DNA from: Planctomycetota bacterium
GTDB taxonomy: Bacteria > Planctomycetota > UBA11346
Direction of reading: 5' to 3'
Length of the DNA stretch: 64,000 bases
Assembly: GCA_038213805.1 (NCBI GenBank)
Contig: JBBQSO010000016.1
Span: 1 to 64,000, forward strand
The translations under genes were made by a program, and so were the position numbers. Under the pieces are notes generated by a model. That model did no database searches and was not told the DNA's origin. It saw nothing but the letters and a program-made list of their open reading frames with translations. Within the stretch, counting starts at the first letter, position 1. The number at the start of each line of letters is the position of its first letter. This document shows, in pieces, positions 28,784 to 38,600 of the stretch.

Positions 28784-29716
28784 TCAATCCACCCATGCCA
28801 ACAGATTGTCCCCGATCGCCTGCTGCACATCCGCCGGGAAGCGGTGGTCGTAATCCCCGGCCAGCACCACCACGCGTGCGCGCGGCAATTCGACCTGGCG
28901 CCGCGCGACCGCGTTCAGCACCGGCTCCATCGCCTCGGGCATGGCGACGCGGTCGCTGCGACCGTAGCTGATGCCGATCGGGCGTGGCAGCAGGTCGGCG
29001 ACCACGTCGGCCTGGTCGAGGCCGAGCGCGAGCAGGCCCGGCAGCAGAGTGTGGCGCGGCAGCAGGCGGCCGTGGCTGAGCAGCACGCCCAGTTGGCCCA
29101 GCCCAGAGTGCAGCCACACCGCGCCGACCCGGCGATCGACCCAGGCCAGCCAGGCCGCAGCGCGCGCGCCCATGCCGTAGCCGAGAACCGAGACCGTCAA
29201 GCCGTCGGTCTTCTCATAATCGAGCAGCGCCGCGACGCCGGCACGCAACTGGTCGAGGGCGAGGCTGAGCAGGCTGCTGCCGTGCGCCAGGGCATGCGAC
29301 AGGCAGAGCTCCTCCCAGCGCTGGTCGACGGGCATGCCGGGTGGGGCCTGCTGCTGTCCGAAGCAGGGCAGGTCGGGGCACAGCACCACGAAGCCGCGCG
29401 CCGCCAGGGTCACGCCGTAGTGGTGCTCGCGCTGGCCGCGCTGGCCGGCGAGCTCGTCGCCACCCTGGGCGAAGGCGTCGCCGTGCGGGTGCAGAGCGAT
29501 CAGGCCAGGCCACGGACCGGCTCCCAGCGACGGACGCAGCAGCCACGCCGACAGCCGGCGCACCTCGCCGCCCGGCCCGCGCGTGGCATAGCTGACGCGC
29601 TGACGCCGCACTGCTCCGGAGACGAACGGCACGCCCTCGACGCGCAACTCGTGTTCGGGCAGTTCGTGTGAGAGCTTCAGCAGGCCGAGGACGGCAGCGC
29701 GTTGATCCGGGGTCAT
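28784..29716 (-). CDS. Alpha/beta hydrolase (dienelactone hydrolase/acetyl esterase-like) with atypical nucleophile elbow
   Basis: PGLIALHPHG, LAARGFVVLCPD..FG, GYGMG elbow, C-terminal DHRF; start MTPDQR. Confidence 0.8.
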   Translation of the reverse strand: MTPDQRAAVLGLLKLSHELPEHELRVEGVPFVSGAVRRQRVSYATRGPGGEVRRLSAWLLRPSLGAGPWPGLIALHPHGDAFAQGGDELAGQRGQREHHYGVTLAARGFVVLCPDLPCFGQQQAPPGMPVDQRWEELCLSHALAHGSSLLSLALDQLRAGVAALLDYEKTDGLTVSVLGYGMGARAAAWLAWVDRRVGAVWLHSGLGQLGVLLSHGRLLPRHTLLPGLLALGLDQADVVADLLPRPIGISYGRSDRVAMPEAMEPVLNAVARRQVELPRARVVVLAGDYDHRFPADVQQAIGDNLLAWVD

Positions 29717-29935
29717 GGCGGGAAGATACCTTTGGCTGGCGGAGTTGCCAACGGTCGGGATTCGGCACTCCGCTGCGCTCGCAGCGGGTGAGTGGTGCGG
29801 GACAGCGGCGACGGCGTGCCCCAGGACGCCCCGAACATCCGGGGCTCCGCCCACGACGCGGCTGCTTCGCCACCTCCGCCCAAAAGTCCTGGCCTCCCCC
29901 ATTGTCCCCGGCGATTTTCCTGGTCCCATGGGCCC

Positions 29936-31381
29936 ATGCGCCCCGCACAGAATCCCTTCGCTCCCCGTCAGTACGGCAGCCTCGAACGCCTCGGCAGCCG
30001 GGTGCATGTCTACCGCAACATCGTCAACAGCACGGTGCTGGTCGGCGCGCGCGGCATGGCCGTGGTCGACACCCAGGTCAACCACGCCCTGGCGCGCCGC
30101 CTGCTGGGCCTGATCCAGCGCGAGTTCCCCGGCAAGCCCCTGCTGTACGCGGTCAACACCCACTACCATTGGGACCACACCAACGGCAACGCGGTGTTCA
30201 AAGAAGCCGGTGCCACCCTGGTCGCCAGCCGCCGCACCGCCGCGGCGATGGTCGAGCGCGCGCCGCGCCAGAAGGGCTTCCTGTCCGGCCGCGGCTTCGA
30301 GCTCGGCCCCGATCCGCTGCAGCCCGACCTCTTCGCCGACGACGTCCAGGCCCTCGACCTGGGCGGCCTGACCCTGGAGCTGAAGCTTGGCCACGACGCC
30401 GAGACCGCCGACCCGACGCTGGTGTGGGTGCCCGAGGAGCGCGTTTTGGTCGCCGGCGACACGGTGATGACCGGCAGCTTCCCGATCTTTGGCCAGCCCA
30501 GCCAGAACGAGGGCCTGCAGGACGATAGCTGGCTGCAGGCCATCGACGAAGTGCGCGGCTTCCGCCCCAACCACGTCGTCCCCGGCCACGGCCCGGTCGC
30601 GCACGAGCCCGAACTCGCCCTGCTCGAGCGCATCTGCCGCTACTTCCTCGACCAGGTGCGCGTCCACCACCAGGCGGGCCGCAGCCTGGAAGAAACCATC
30701 CGCGTGATGGAGGACGACATGCCGGCCTGGATCACGCGCATCCCCGAGGTCTGGGGCACGCCTCGCTACGCCATCCTGCGCGCGTGGGCCGGACTCGCCG
30801 ACCTCGGCCAGCCCGGCTGGCAACACGTCAAGCCGAGCGCCATCCCCGCCGGAGAACCGCTCGAGGCGCCACTGCCAGACGACCTCGCCGCGTGGACCGA
30901 ACTCGTCCAGCAGCTTGGCGAAGGCGGCGACATGGGCGCCGCGGTGACTGCCGCGCGCGCCGCCACCGCGGCGCACCCGGATGCGCCCGAGGCGTGGTGC
31001 CAGCTCGCCGCGACCCTGATCACCGCCAGCCGCGGCATCGCCTCGGTGTTGGAAAAGGGCGACTGCTTCGACGCCGCACGCCAGGCCGTTGAGCGCGCCC
31101 TGGCCATTGACCCGGGGCACGGCGCCAGCCTGCTCCAGTCCGGCCAGTTCCACACCATGATGGCCTACCGCAACGGCGACGACCCCGGACGCGGCGAAGT
31201 CCTGCTCGAACGCGCCGCCGCCGACCCGCGCCTGACCCGCCGCCAGCGCGCCGAGATTGCCTTCTACCGCGGCATCGCCGCGCGCGCACGCGGCGACGAG
31301 CCCGCCGCCAAGGCGCGCTTCGGCGAATCGCTGGCGACGGATCCGTCCTACAAGGCGGCGATGATCGCGCAGATGGGGTGA
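29936..31381 (+). CDS. MBL-fold metallo-hydrolase with C-terminal TPR-like domain
   Basis: VVDT, NTHYHWDHTNGN, LVAGD and VPGHG motifs; helical tail (AVERALAIDP). Confidence 0.88.
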   Translation: MRPAQNPFAPRQYGSLERLGSRVHVYRNIVNSTVLVGARGMAVVDTQVNHALARRLLGLIQREFPGKPLLYAVNTHYHWDHTNGNAVFKEAGATLVASRRTAAAMVERAPRQKGFLSGRGFELGPDPLQPDLFADDVQALDLGGLTLELKLGHDAETADPTLVWVPEERVLVAGDTVMTGSFPIFGQPSQNEGLQDDSWLQAIDEVRGFRPNHVVPGHGPVAHEPELALLERICRYFLDQVRVHHQAGRSLEETIRVMEDDMPAWITRIPEVWGTPRYAILRAWAGLADLGQPGWQHVKPSAIPAGEPLEAPLPDDLAAWTELVQQLGEGGDMGAAVTAARAATAAHPDAPEAWCQLAATLITASRGIASVLEKGDCFDAARQAVERALAIDPGHGASLLQSGQFHTMMAYRNGDDPGRGEVLLERAAADPRLTRRQRAEIAFYRGIAARARGDEPAAKARFGESLATDPSYKAAMIAQMG

Positions 31382-31391
31382 CCCCCCGGCG

Positions 31392-32465
31392 ATGGAAACC
31401 GCGCTCTTCGACTACCAGTTGCCGCAGGAGCTGATCGCTCAGGAGCCGATCGAGCCGCGCGATGCCGCACGACTGCTGGTGGCCGGCTGCACCAGCGGAG
31501 CTGCGGCACATCGCCGCGTCGGCGATCTGACCGATTACCTGCGCGCGGGCGACCTGCTGGTGCTCAACCGCACGCGCGTCATCCCGGCGCGGTTGTTCGG
31601 GCGCAAAGATAGCGGCGGCGAGGTCGAAGTGCTGCTCATCCATCCCGAGCCGGAAACTCCAGGCGACGCCGCCACCGGCGAACGCTGGCGCTGCCTGGTG
31701 CGCGGCAAGGTGCGCAGCGGCACGCGCATTGCGCTGGGCGGGCCGGGGGACGCGGTCACCGCCGTGGTCACCGCCTGCGCCGACGACGGCGAACGCACTC
31801 TGGTCTTCCCGCCCGGCGTCGCGGTGCTGGCCCTGGCCGAACGCATCGGGCACATGCCCCTGCCCCCCTACATCCACCGCGCCGACCGTCCTGCCGACCG
31901 CGAGCGCTACCAGACGGTCTTCGCCGACCGCCCCGGCTCGGTGGCCGCGCCGACCGCCAGCCTGCACCTGACCGCCCCGCTGCTCGCGCGCCTCGCCGCC
32001 CAGGGCGTCGCCACCGCCTTTGTCGAGCTCGCCATCGGTCCCGGCACCTTCAAGCCGGTCGACTGCGACCGCCTTGAAGACTTCCGCATCCACGCTGAGC
32101 ACTGCGCCTGCCCCGCCGCCACCGTGGCCGCGATCGAGAGCTGCAAAGCACATGGCGGCAGAGTGATAGCCGTGGGAACCACGGTCGTACGCACGCTTGA
32201 GAGCGCCGCCGCCCAGGGCGGTGACCTGGCCCCTTTCGACGGCTGGACGCGGATCTTCCTCCACCCTCCGCAACGCTTGGCCGTGGTCGACGGGCTGATG
32301 ACCAATTTCCACCTGCCGCGCTCCTCGCTGCTCATGCTGGTCGCCTGCCTGACCGGGGTCGAGCGCCTGCACGCCCTCTACGCACAGGCCATCGCCGAGC
32401 GCTACCGCTTCTTCAGTTATGGCGACGCCATGCTGCTGCTGCCGGGGGGCACAGTCATTCCTTGA
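31392..32465 (+). CDS. queA: S-adenosylmethionine:tRNA ribosyltransferase-isomerase
   Basis: FDYQLPQELIAQEP, PLPPYI, YQTVFA, SVAAPTA, AVGTT, TNFHLP and YRFFSYGDAM motifs. Confidence 0.97.
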   Translation: METALFDYQLPQELIAQEPIEPRDAARLLVAGCTSGAAAHRRVGDLTDYLRAGDLLVLNRTRVIPARLFGRKDSGGEVEVLLIHPEPETPGDAATGERWRCLVRGKVRSGTRIALGGPGDAVTAVVTACADDGERTLVFPPGVAVLALAERIGHMPLPPYIHRADRPADRERYQTVFADRPGSVAAPTASLHLTAPLLARLAAQGVATAFVELAIGPGTFKPVDCDRLEDFRIHAEHCACPAATVAAIESCKAHGGRVIAVGTTVVRTLESAAAQGGDLAPFDGWTRIFLHPPQRLAVVDGLMTNFHLPRSSLLMLVACLTGVERLHALYAQAIAERYRFFSYGDAMLLLPGGTVIP

Positions 32466-32529
32466 CCCCCCGCTTCCCTCTCTATGCTTCCACCCCTCCA
32501 GCATAAGCCCTGTTCCCATTGAGGTCGCC

Positions 32530-32850
32530 ATGCCCCGCGTCTGTCATTTCACTGGCCGCAAGACCATCACCGGTTGGACCCGTTCCGAGAAGGGTGCCCG
32601 TCGCGACGGCGGCGTGGGCAACAAGATCAAGGGCCGCACCAAGCGCGCCGTGAAGCCCAACCTCAAGAAGCTGCGCATCGTCATCGATGGCAAGATCCAG
32701 CGCGTCTACGTCTCGACCAGCGCCATCAAGCGCGGCTGGGTGATCAAGCCCAGCAAGGTCAAGCCCGAGCCGAGCGCGATCGCCGCCAAGGTCAAGCCCG
32801 AGGCCAAGCCTGCGGTCAAGGCCGTGACCCCGGCCAAGCCCAAGGCCTGA
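32530..32850 (+). CDS. rpmB: 50S ribosomal protein L28 with Lys/Ala/Pro-rich C-terminal extension
   Basis: MPRVCHFTGRK...GGVG...TKR..KPNL...VST..IK; GAGG RBS. Confidence 0.92.
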   Translation: MPRVCHFTGRKTITGWTRSEKGARRDGGVGNKIKGRTKRAVKPNLKKLRIVIDGKIQRVYVSTSAIKRGWVIKPSKVKPEPSAIAAKVKPEAKPAVKAVTPAKPKA

Positions 32851-32881
32851 TTTCCCTCACCGCGCTGCGGCGCGGTGCCAC

Positions 32882-32952
32882 GGCGCCATGGCGGAGTGGC
32901 TACGCAGCGGATTGCAAATCCGTGCACCCCAGTTCGATTCTGGGTGGCGCCT
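32882..32952 (+). tRNA. tRNA-Cys (GCA); CCA not encoded
   Basis: Acceptor stem GGCGCCA/TGGCGCC, anticodon arm GCGGA-TTGCAAA-TCCGT, T-arm CCCAG-TTCGATT-CTGGG, discriminator U. Confidence 0.95.
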
Positions 32953-32980
32953 CACAGACGAGCTACCTGAATTCAGAGGA

Positions 32981-33012
32981 AGCCCTGGCGAAAGCCGGGG
33001 CTGCTTCGTTTT
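32981..33012 (+). terminator. Probable intrinsic terminator after tRNA-Cys
   Basis: AGCCCTGGC-GAAA-GCCGGGGCT hairpin followed by a T-rich stretch. Confidence 0.65.
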
Positions 33013-33052
33013 CGCGCTCGCGCGCTTCCTCCTCACTACTGCGCAGGCGCCC

Positions 33053-33469
33053 ATGATCACCGCCATCCACAAGCTCATCGAAGACCGCGACACCGGTCAC
33101 CTGCGCATCGGCTTCACCCGGCGCCACGAATCGGACCCGATCGGCACGATCGCCGCGCGCCTCGGCCTGGCCGAAGACGACGAGATCTACACCGGCATCA
33201 CCGAGGCCGAGGCCACACGCATTCTCAAGCACCTGCTTGGCGCGGACCTGGCGTACGGTGCCGCGCTGAATTTCGATCGCCGCGCGCTCACCGAGGTGGT
33301 CTCCGGCTACGAGGACGCGACCTGGTTCACCAATCTGGTCAGCCACGACGGCTACAAGGACTTCAGCGCGGGCTCCGCCAACGCCGCGACCGGCGCAAGC
33401 TATGACGCCGGCATCATCATCATCGCGGGGAATGTGGCGGTAGGGATCTGGGTCGAGGATGAGGATTGA
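33053..33469 (+). CDS. Hypothetical protein (DLAY...YDAG...WVEDED pattern)
   Basis: Good codon usage; the real start is after the tRNA, whereas the ORF track start overlaps the tRNA. Confidence 0.7.
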   Translation: MITAIHKLIEDRDTGHLRIGFTRRHESDPIGTIAARLGLAEDDEIYTGITEAEATRILKHLLGADLAYGAALNFDRRALTEVVSGYEDATWFTNLVSHDGYKDFSAGSANAATGASYDAGIIIIAGNVAVGIWVEDED

Positions 33470-33517
33470 ACCCTTCTCTAGGCTAAACACCCTGGGTCTT
33501 TAACAGGGAGATGTCCA

Positions 33518-33772
33518 ATGACTGACCAGGGCACCAGCGACAGCCGCCTATTCCCAATCGTCATCGCGCTGGCGGCCGCACTGCTGCTCTCGATCGTGAT
33601 CAACCTACTGCTCTACCGAAGACCGGATATCTGGAAGCAGCGCTGGCACGAGGACACCAAGCAGTTTTCGCTGGAGATAAAAGAGGCAGCGCAAAAGATT
33701 TCCGATATCTCGCAGGAAAAGCTCCAGCTCGAACGCGAACTTGCCGCCATGAAGGCGGCCGCCGGCAAATGA
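33518..33772 (+). CDS. Hypothetical single-TM coiled-coil protein
   Basis: GGGAGA RBS; TM helix followed by a heptad-like helix. Confidence 0.65.
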   Translation: MTDQGTSDSRLFPIVIALAAALLLSIVINLLLYRRPDIWKQRWHEDTKQFSLEIKEAAQKISDISQEKLQLERELAAMKAAAGK

Positions 33773-34250
33773 ATCCCCACGAGGACCGTCGCGGTCCCAG
33801 TCGTAGGAGGACCGAAATATTCCTGCCGGAGACATTGCGGTCGGCCGCGGCCGCCACCATGTCGCCACGAGGACATCGCATGCCTCGACGCCCCGACCGT
33901 CAGCGTCGGCCTGCTGGAGCCCCTGGCGCAGGGCCTGGGACCGACCTTGGCCGTGTTGGCCAAAACTCCCCTGGACCGCGACCTCGGACAAGATCGCCGG
34001 AACCAAGATCGCGCGGATGCGCGAAGCCCAGGTGTGAGGTCAAATAGGGGTGGTCCGGCTGCGCGGGCATCAGGACGTCCTCCAGCAGACCCCGCAAGGT
34101 CGCAATCGCCGCGGAGTCATCCTCAGCACGAGGCTGGCGTCCGCCCCGGCTAGGCCGGCGGCCGCTTGGACATCACGCCCGGCGCCCCTATCCTCCACCC
34201 CAGGCCCGGCCCTTTCCGTCCATCGACCCATCCCCCTGCCGCGAAACCTG

Positions 34251-35609
34251 ATGCAGCACCCCGACCTGCGCCTGCCGCCGCCGCTGCGCCCCTGCGGCCC
34301 AGGCCGTGGTGCCTTCACGCTCGTCGAGATGCTGGTGGTGGTGTCGATCATGTCGATCATCGCCGCGCTCGCCTTCGGCTCGCTGTTCGGCACCGTCAGC
34401 CACAATCGCCTGCTTGCCACCGAACATCTGATCGCCGATTCGGTGCGCCAAGCGCGGCACACGGCGCGCTCGACCGGGCAGCCGGCGGTGCTGACGATCA
34501 CGCCAGTTATGGATGATGCAGTGCCGCCGAAGGTGGTCGGCGGGCGGATCGCGGGGACGAGCAGGATTTGCGTGTGGAGTGAGACGTTCGACGAGGCGGT
34601 ACTGCCCACGCTGGGCGCTGCTGGTGACGGTACGCCGCTGCCGGCGATCCAGGATCCCGGCAACAGCGATGGCGCCGCCGTGGTAGTCGGCCGAACCGGC
34701 AAGGGCATGGTGGCGAGCGCCTTCCCCATGCCGCAGACGACCTTGGCCGGCCGCCTCATCAGCCAGGACCTAGAAAGGTCCGACCAGATCGTGCGCGGAT
34801 CGCGCACCGACGGCTTCTACCTCACCTGCAACGTCAAGCCGCCGTCGGCGCGCACCGCCGGGACCGTCAGCATCCCACTGCTGATGATCGGCGACACCCT
34901 CGATGCGGACAGCAGCCAGTGCGGGATCAGTCTGACCAACACGGTCAACAACCTGACTGCCGCCATCCCGCAATACAGCTGGGAACTCGACGGCTGGGTG
35001 ACCGGCGCGAGCGGCGCACCGGTCCACCTGCTCTCTCTCGATCCAACCACGCGGATCGTCAGCCAGGTCCCGGTGCCCTTCGCGGACATCGCCGACCCGA
35101 TCGCCGGCGGCGAGTGGATCGAGGTTGGCTTGCTCTACACGAACAGCGGGGGCGGCAGCGGCGGTCATCTCACCCTGTTCGTCGACGGCCGACCCATCGC
35201 TGAGATGCCGCAGGCCTCCGCCCCGACGGCGCCGACCGTCCCGCTCACCCTGCGCAGCGGCGCCACCGTGCATGTCGGTCATGCGACCCTCGACCCCATG
35301 GTTCCCGACCAGCGCAGCGCTGCCGCCATCGACGACGCCTGCCTCTACCGGGTCGGCACCGACCAGGTGGGCAATCTGCCTGGCGGCGTGATCGCCACGG
35401 GCACCACCGCCCAAGGAGCCCAGATCGTGGCCATGCCCGACGGCCGCGTGCAGGTCCAGCGCCAGGGCGCCACCAGCGCGGGTACCGCCGGCGCCAGCGC
35501 ACTGACCTTCGAGGAGTTGCACGCCCCGCAGCAGACGCACGTCGAGATCGCCATCGACGCGCGCGGCGTGGTGTCGAGCAAGTACGTGGTCCCGGGAGCG
35601 CCGCCATGA
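34251..35609 (+). CDS. Prepilin-type N-terminal cleavage/methylation protein (GspH/FimT-like) with LamG-like domain
   Basis: RGA|FTLVEMLVVVSIMSII; ARHTARSTG; WIEVGLLY..LTLFVDG..VHVG..AIDDACLY. Confidence 0.85.
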   Translation: MQHPDLRLPPPLRPCGPGRGAFTLVEMLVVVSIMSIIAALAFGSLFGTVSHNRLLATEHLIADSVRQARHTARSTGQPAVLTITPVMDDAVPPKVVGGRIAGTSRICVWSETFDEAVLPTLGAAGDGTPLPAIQDPGNSDGAAVVVGRTGKGMVASAFPMPQTTLAGRLISQDLERSDQIVRGSRTDGFYLTCNVKPPSARTAGTVSIPLLMIGDTLDADSSQCGISLTNTVNNLTAAIPQYSWELDGWVTGASGAPVHLLSLDPTTRIVSQVPVPFADIADPIAGGEWIEVGLLYTNSGGGSGGHLTLFVDGRPIAEMPQASAPTAPTVPLTLRSGATVHVGHATLDPMVPDQRSAAAIDDACLYRVGTDQVGNLPGGVIATGTTAQGAQIVAMPDGRVQVQRQGATSAGTAGASALTFEELHAPQQTHVEIAIDARGVVSSKYVVPGAPP

Positions 35610-38600
35610 TTCCCGCCCGCAGATCGCCGCGCTCCGGCGCCGCTTTGATCATCGCCCTCGTCATTCTCGCAGCGCTGATGCTGCTCGGCCTGCCGTTCAT
35701 CTTCAGCCAGTCCGGCGCACTCGCCGGCACGCGCTCGTTCGCACGTGGACAGACCGCGCAGGTTGGGATGGGCGCGGCCGAGAATTCGGGGATCGGCCTG
35801 GCCGGCAATGCGTCCGCACGGCACCTGCTCGCCGGCGTGAGCGTCGGTTTGACCAAGGATCAGGAGTGGAGCCGCATCGACTGGGACCTGGACACCCTCT
35901 ACGCCGCCGGGGTCGGCTCGGTGAATCCGATCCGCTGGTCGTACTTCGACGGGCGCCGCTATCAGATCGACTGGCTGAGCACGCCGCTCGCGTCCGCCGC
36001 CCCGCTGCCCGACCAGCTCCGCCGCGATCTGCTGGGACTGACCATCGAGGACGAGGGCGGGAAGCTCGACCCAAACCACTTGGACGCCGCGGGCTGGCAG
36101 CGACTGCTCGCTGCGCCAACCGTCGGCATCGCCGATCCCAACGATCCGGCCGACCATGACACGTACGGCCAACTCGCCAAGGCGCTCGCCAACCTGCGCT
36201 TCACACTGCCGGGTGGTCGCATCACCGATCTCGACCAGCTGCTCGCCGCCGTCCCGTCGGGCACCGGACGTCAGCACCTGACCAAGGCTGAGCTCGCCCA
36301 CGTGCGTCCGCACCTCACCCTGTCCAGCCTCGCGCAGGCGCGGGCCGGGCTGATCGATCTCGGCACGGTGGTGCTGGTGGACGCCCCACCGCTAACCGCG
36401 ACGGTCGTGCCCTACCTGGACAGCGTGGCGCCGTCAAAGCAGCTCGCCTTCCCGGTGACCCCCGACCTGATCGGCGCTGGAACTGTGCTGGTCTCGCAGG
36501 TCGGCACCGCGACCGCGCAGCCCAGCCGCCTGACCAGCGGGGACCTGGCTTCGAACATCACCGTCACCGCGCCCAACACCGTGGTCCTGACGCCCCTGGC
36601 CGCCAACGCCGCGCTCGCCATCGAGGCGCCGCCGGCGGTGAACATCCACGAGGCGACGACGACCACGCTCGCCACCCTGCGGCTCGTACCCATCTCGATG
36701 CCCGCACTGACCATGCCGCTCCCGGCGATGGCCTTGGACACGGTCGGCACGCTGCACAGCGTCATCGCCCAGGTCGATGCGCGAGCGGGGACGGGACCGC
36801 AGCTGTCCGCATTTGATCTGCTCGATCCGCTGGCCGACTACGACGAGATCACCACGGGAACGCTCAGCCAAAGCACTATTGGCGACGGTGTCACGCCCGC
36901 GAACGACACCGATGGCACGCCGCTGGTCGTTCAGGGCGCCATCTACTTGCACGTGCAGGGCGCTGACTTCGCCCGTGTGCCGCGCACCGGCTACGCGCGT
37001 GTCCACGGCACCTACGCCGGTAGCCACCTGCCGGCGATCGGAGGAAATCCTGCGACGCCTGCGCAGACGGGACCGGACGAGTTCATCTCCTATTCGCTCT
37101 CGCCCACCACCGCGGCCGCCACTGACCTCACTGACGTCAGCATCGTGGCATTGCGCCCGGGCGTGGCGGCGGTCTCGACGAATTTCCGCGTGGAACCGGG
37201 GAATCCTCCGGTCATCACCTTCATCTCGCCCCACGAGCAGGCGCCGGTCGCGATCGCCTCAGCCGGTGTCGTGACCATCGACAGCTCCGCGACCGTGACC
37301 GACGCCCAAGGCAAGCCCGACGCCAAACGCGGCCGGCGCATCGTGGCCCAGGCGGTCCCGCAGGAGGCGCCGCTGGAAACGCGCTGGACCACCCAGAGCC
37401 AGATCCAGGCGCTGCTCGCCAGCCGCCAGGGCAGCCTGATGACGTCCTTCCCGGTTGCGGTGCAGCGGGTCACCGACCTGACCACCAGCGACGTGGCGAT
37501 CGCGCCCACTGGCGAACTGCAGACCAGCGTCGGGCCGCCGGTGGTCGGTGAGGACCAGCTTACCGGGCTCAAGCCCGCGATCCTGCCCGCTCCGCATGGC
37601 AGCCAGCTGGACCTGCTCTGGTCGCGCACCTTTGCGGGCACCACCAACAACCCCAGCGTGAACGCGTTCTGGCAGAACGGCCTCTCACCTGGATTGCCCG
37701 CGAAGAATCCGCTGCAGACGCTTGACCACGTGATGTCGCCGGAAGGCCTGCGCATGGGCATCGGCGACAGCGCCCTGGCCTATCCGAATCCGCTCGGCAC
37801 CAACGGCTTCATCCCCTTCGGCAATGAACCGAGCTCCGGCAGCGTGTCGACGGTGGCGCCGTTCCACTTCGCCATCTGGATCAAGCCGACGATTCCCTTG
37901 AGTGGCGTGGTCACGGTCTTCGACCTGCGCATGCCTGCGGCGAGTGCTGGGTTGCCGCTGTTCGTAGCGCCCTTCGATGCCCCAGTTGCCGACTTCCCCT
38001 CGCGGCCGAGCATTGATGTGCAGAACCGCGTCTCGCTGCGCTACCTCGCCGACCTGAAACAATTCTCGCTGCTGGTCAACAACGGCGCGATCGAGCACAC
38101 CACCGATCACGGGCCGAAGATCCTGGCCGACGATTTCACCGAGCCTTTCTACGATCCGCAGAGCGGGCCCACCTCGGCCAGCGCCGATGCCCAGGCCTTG
38201 GCGCCCGGGCGGGGCAACCAGACCATCAAGCTGCGCTATGCGATGGGCGCCAATGGGCTGCAGCCCAATGTCTGGCATCTGGTGCAAGGTGTGATCTGCG
38301 GAAATCTGCCGGGGGGCATGGCGTTGATGGTCGATGGCGTGGTCGGACGGGAAGCGATCCTGGAATCGCCGGTCGACCTCAGCGCCATGGGCGACCACAT
38401 CACGCTGCCGAGCATGCGGCTGCTGACCGCGCTCCCTCTGAAGACCACCGCGGCGGTTCAGTCGAACGCGAAGAACGCGCTGCTGGCGGGTGATATCGAT
38501 CTCGATGCGTGCACCTCCGCCCTCACCCCCAGCGGCGGCCTCGACCATGGCGGTGCCGCGGTCCACGACCTGCTGCCGGCGCGGGGCATGATCCGCATCG

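Noticed and set aside
29717..31153. N-terminal extension of the 789-aa minus ORF
   Set aside because: Antisense to the MBL gene; the hydrolase starts at 29716.
32888..33052. N-terminal part of the 193-aa ORF in the track
   Set aside because: It overlaps tRNA-Cys and its terminator.
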